A DNA stretch of 48,480 bases from Candidatus Omnitrophota bacterium (lineage in GTDB: Bacteria > Omnitrophota > Gorgyraeia > Zapsychrales > Fredricksoniimonadaceae), in NCBI GenBank assembly GCA_013335325.1, contig JAAXVU010000001.1:1-48480 (forward strand), written 5' to 3'. The notes under the pieces are model-generated. The model had not been told where the DNA came from and did no database searches. It saw only the letters and a program-made list of their open reading frames with translations. Made by a program: the position numbers and the translations under genes. Shown here one piece after another: positions 45,874 through 48,480 of the stretch (position 1 is its first letter; each line of letters starts with the position of its first letter).

Positions 45874-47079
45874 TTACAGCCAGTGTCCGAGCTTTTCCTT
45901 CTTGGCCTGCAGGTACTTCTTGTTACGCTCGTTATGCGGCACGCGCAAAGGTACGCGCTCCACCACCGTAAGACCGTACCCCTCCAGCCCCACGATCTTG
46001 CGCGGGTTGTTGGTAAGGAGCCGGATCTGCTTGACCCCCAGGTCCACCAGGATCTGCGCGCCGATACCGTAGTCGCGCAAGTCAGCCGGAAACCCCAAAG
46101 CTTCATTAGCCTCGACGGTATCCATACCCTTATCTTGCAAAGCATAAGCCTTAAGCTTGTTCAAGAGACCGATGCCGCGACCTTCCTGGCGCATGTATAA
46201 AAGAACACCGGCACCTTCCTTGGCTATCTGCCGCATGGACTCGTTTAGCTGGTCATTGCAGTCGCAGCGCAACGAATGAAAAACGTCGCCGGTAATACAC
46301 TCCGACTGTACACGAACCAGTACCGGCATGGTGCCGTCAATCTTTCCCATAGTCAAAGCAATATGCTCAGCGTCCTGGATCTGTGAACGGTACATGATCA
46401 TGTGAAAGTCGCCGTACTTGGTAGGCAGCGTCACGTCGACCTCGCGCTGGATAAACTTCTCGTTCTTACGGCGGTATTCGATAAGGCTGTCAATGGTGCA
46501 AATCTTTATATTGTGTTTTTTAGAGAACGACAAAAGGTCCTGTGTGCGCGCCATGGTGCCGTCGTCGTTCATGATCTCGCAAATTACTCCGGAAGGATAC
46601 AACCCGGCCATGCGGGTCAAGTCAACTGCGGCCTCAGTGTGTCCGGCACGTACCAGCACTCCGCCCTTCTTCGCCCTTAACGGGAAAAGATGGCCCGGCG
46701 TGACAAAATCCTTGGGCTGGGCTTCGGAGTCGATAAGCAACTTTACGGTATAGGCACGGTCGGCAGCGGAAATCCCGGTAGTAACGCCATGTGCCGCGTC
46801 CACCGATATCGCCCAACCGGTATTACAGGGTTGATGTACCTGGTTCTTGGCGTCCTTCATAGGATGCAGCCCTAGCTTATCCAGACGCTCGGCCTCCATA
46901 GGTACGCAGATAAGGCCCCGGGCGTAGCGGGCCATGAAATTGATAGTATCCGGCGTGATGAACTCAGCCGCTATCAGGACATCGCCCTCGTTCTCTCGGC
47001 TTTCATCGTCCATGACGATGATCATATGACCGGCCTTCAGTTCTTCCAGTATCTCGGGGATTGAATGGAACATTGACAT
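45874..47079 (-). CDS. ribBA: Bifunctional 3,4-dihydroxy-2-butanone-4-phosphate synthase / GTP cyclohydrolase II
   Basis: The 401-aa ORF has [10 protein letters not shown] and GHTEA (DHBPS half), then [15 protein letters not shown] and [10 protein letters not shown] (GCHII half). The true start may be the third codon (Met at 47073), which has better SD spacing. Confidence 0.95.
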   Translation of the reverse strand: MSMFHSIPEILEELKAGHMIIVMDDESRENEGDVLIAAEFITPDTINFMARYARGLICVPMEAERLDKLGLHPMKDAKNQVHQPCNTGWAISVDAAHGVTTGISAADRAYTVKLLIDSEAQPKDFVTPGHLFPLRAKKGGVLVRAGHTEAAVDLTRMAGLYPSGVICEIMNDDGTMARTQDLLSFSKKHNIKICTIDSLIEYRRKNEKFIQREVDVTLPTKYGDFHMIMYRSQIQDAEHIALTMGKIDGTMPVLVRVQSECITGDVFHSLRCDCNDQLNESMRQIAKEGAGVLLYMRQEGRGIGLLNKLKAYALQDKGMDTVEANEALGFPADLRDYGIGAQILVDLGVKQIRLLTNNPRKIVGLEGYGLTVVERVPLRVPHNERNKKYLQAKKEKLGHWL

Positions 47080-47202
47080 ATCCTTTGGATAATTCTTAAT
47101 ATATAAGGACTTTACTCGCTCCTACCGACGGAACTACCGGATCCGGCACTGCCGATGGACAAGACCGGACCAACACCTGTGCTGCGATCTGATTTGGGGG
47201 TC

Positions 47203-47231
47203 ATATTAAGAGAAACGGAAACCCTTGTCAA
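47203..47231 (-). promoter_or_regulatory. Near-consensus sigma70 promoter of the rib operon
   Basis: The minus strand reads TTGACA, a 17-nt spacer, then TAATAT, about 120 nt upstream of ribBA. Confidence 0.6.
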
Positions 47232-47253
47232 GCCATTTGTCCCCCCGTATAAT
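47225..47253 (+). promoter_or_regulatory. Sigma70-like promoter of the cinA-C/thpR pair; its -35 overlaps the rib promoter -35
   Basis: The plus strand reads TTGTCA, a 17-nt spacer, then TATAAT, 25 nt upstream of the ATG at 47279. The two -35 hexamers share the palindromic TTGTCAA. Confidence 0.55.
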
Positions 47254-47278
47254 CCCCCTGCAAAGGTAGGAATTGACC

Positions 47279-47746
47279 ATGACCATACCCCGTATCATAG
47301 CCCAAAAATTAATAGACCAGCACCGTACTCTCGCCGTGGCCGAGTCCTGTACCGGCGGCCTTATCTCCAAGACCCTGACCGATATACCCGGCAGTTCGGC
47401 ATTCTTCGTGGCTGGTTTTGTGGCCTATGCCAACTCCGCCAAGGTCAACTTCCTGAAGGTGCCATCCGCCTTGATCGAGCGACATGGCGCCGTAAGCGCC
47501 CCGGTGGTCCGTGCCATGGCCTTGGGTGCTCGGACCGTTACCGGCGCCGACTGCTCTGTAGCCGTTACTGGCATCGCTGGGCCTACCGGAAGTACAACAA
47601 GCAAGCCTGTTGGCCTGGTGTTCCTGTCTGTTTCGTACAAAAGACGCACAATAGTAAAACGCTACGTATTTAACGGCACTCGCGGCCAGGTCCGGCAACA
47701 GGCCGCTGCCACCGCGCTGGAAATGCTGGCGGCTTGTCTCCAATAA
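47279..47746 (+). CDS. pncC: CinA C-terminal domain protein / nicotinamide-nucleotide amidohydrolase PncC-like
   Basis: It contains LAVAESCTGGLI and GIAGPTG. There is no N-terminal MoCF_biosynth domain. The ATG at 47279 is preferred over the TTG at 47273. Confidence 0.85.
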   Translation: MTIPRIIAQKLIDQHRTLAVAESCTGGLISKTLTDIPGSSAFFVAGFVAYANSAKVNFLKVPSALIERHGAVSAPVVRAMALGARTVTGADCSVAVTGIAGPTGSTTSKPVGLVFLSVSYKRRTIVKRYVFNGTRGQVRQQAAATALEMLAACLQ

Positions 47747-47761
47747 TCATAAGTACTAACT

Positions 47762-48379
47762 ATGAGCAACCTGATACGCGCTTTCATAGCCGTAGAGCTC
47801 GACCCCGCGATCCGGCAAGAACTAGCCCGCTTGCAGCTAGTACTGCAACAAAAGCTGCCAATTGAAAACGGCATAAAATGGGTAGCTCCGGACAATATAC
47901 ACATAACGCTACGCTTCCTTGGCGAGATTGATAACACCAGCCTAGCCTCAATCAACGTTATAATGGATAGAATTGCCGCTGACTTCCCGGCCTTTACCAT
48001 CCGCACGGCCGGATTAGGCGCCTTCCCTGATCTGCATCGCCCAAGTATCTTATGGGCAGGACTGGATCAGGGAGCGGATACCCTTGCCAGTTTGGCCGGC
48101 AGACTGGAGCATGATCTGACAGGATCAATAACAGAAGAAAAGACGTCCGCGGCTTCAGACAAATTCACGCCCCACATTACTTTAGGAAGGATACGCCTAC
48201 CGCAAGCCGCCGTACCATTGTCAAAGGCACTTAAGACTCTGCCCGATCCAGAAGGATACACTCAGTCTGTGAGCCATCTGACGCTATTCCAAAGCCGGTT
48301 AACTACTTCCGGGCCAGTCTATTCTGTCCTGGCCACGGCGCCGCTAAAATCAAAAGGACAGGCAATTAATAGTGCTTAA
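47762..48379 (+). CDS. thpR: RNA 2',3'-cyclic phosphodiesterase (2H family, LigT/ThpR)
   Basis: The 205-aa ORF has the two HxTx motifs HITLRF and HITLGR at the expected spacing. Confidence 0.9.
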   Translation: MSNLIRAFIAVELDPAIRQELARLQLVLQQKLPIENGIKWVAPDNIHITLRFLGEIDNTSLASINVIMDRIAADFPAFTIRTAGLGAFPDLHRPSILWAGLDQGADTLASLAGRLEHDLTGSITEEKTSAASDKFTPHITLGRIRLPQAAVPLSKALKTLPDPEGYTQSVSHLTLFQSRLTTSGPVYSVLATAPLKSKGQAINSA

Positions 48380-48394
48380 TTGCCTGCCCCTTTT
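48356..48394 (+). terminator. Rho-independent terminator overlapping the thpR stop codon
   Basis: An 11-bp perfect stem CAGGCAATTAA-tagtgc-TTAATTGCCTG is followed by CCCCTTTT. Confidence 0.6.
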
Positions 48395-48410
48395 ATCTGC
48401 ATGACCCGCT

Positions 48411-48480
48411 TCAAACCTTAAGCAGTGTCCGCAAACGATCAATGGAAGCATCATCCATCTCGGTGAAATAGATCGCCAGC
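48411..48480 (-). CDS. 3' end of an unidentified CDS continuing beyond the window
   Basis: The minus-strand frame stays open from the window edge (...LAIYFTEMDDASIDRLRTLLKV) to the TGA at 48411-48413. It is convergent with thpR and too short to name. Confidence 0.3.
   Translation of the reverse strand, partial: LAIYFTEMDDASIDRLRTLLKV

Noticed and set aside
47080-47200. FMN (RFN) riboswitch call in the ribBA leader
   Set aside because: It is expected by context, but I could not align the conserved RFN core by eye. The leader downstream of the predicted -10 is only about 120 nt. It is reported as an open question in the findings rather than as a feature.

Overview
This is a 48.5-kb bacterial chromosomal window, moderately GC-rich by eye, with about 50 protein genes and one tRNA. 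Nearly all genes lie on the minus strand and are tightly packed, with many 4-nt ATGA or GTGA stop/start overlaps.

The content is overwhelmingly housekeeping. In coordinate order:
1. yraN-rnhB-rplS-trmD plus a small channel-like membrane protein.
2. A marR-tolC-RND-MFS efflux cluster with no membrane-fusion (adaptor) gene.
3. A minus-strand array of CheY-like receiver, queA, Pif1-type helicase with a C-terminal WYL domain, and tgt.
4. A complete dcw cluster: mraZ, orf95, rsmH, ftsL-like, ftsI, murE, murF, mraY, murD, ftsW, murG, murC::ddl fusion, ftsQ, ftsA. It stops at ftsA with no ftsZ.
5. A long operon: ligA, lipoprotein, xerD, cca-like, rbfA, nrnA-like, truB, ribF.
6. tRNA-Pro(CGG), a DUF3592-like protein, acylphosphatase, and a 727-aa polytopic GT-C-like membrane protein.
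7. ribBA-ribH-nusB-PHP-ribD-ribE-fabZ.
8. A cinA-C/pncC-like gene and thpR.

I found no CRISPR array, transposase, phage integrase, rRNA or obvious defence island. I cannot honestly point to a self-contained novel system.

The observations most worth a second look are:
- The Pif1-WYL helicase translationally coupled to queA, between the two queuosine genes.
- A well-supported 95-aa ORF with an HCxCxxC motif inserted between mraZ and rsmH.
- A PHP phosphatase embedded in the riboflavin operon and overlapping the ribD start. It is a candidate for the pathway's dephosphorylation step.
- The adaptor-less tolC-RND operon.
- The dcw cluster, which has a MurC-Ddl fusion, no murB and no ftsZ.

The MurC-Ddl fusion is known from Chlamydiae, so a PVC-related lineage is possible, but that is inference only. 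All product calls come from motif and architecture recognition in the supplied translations. No database search was possible.
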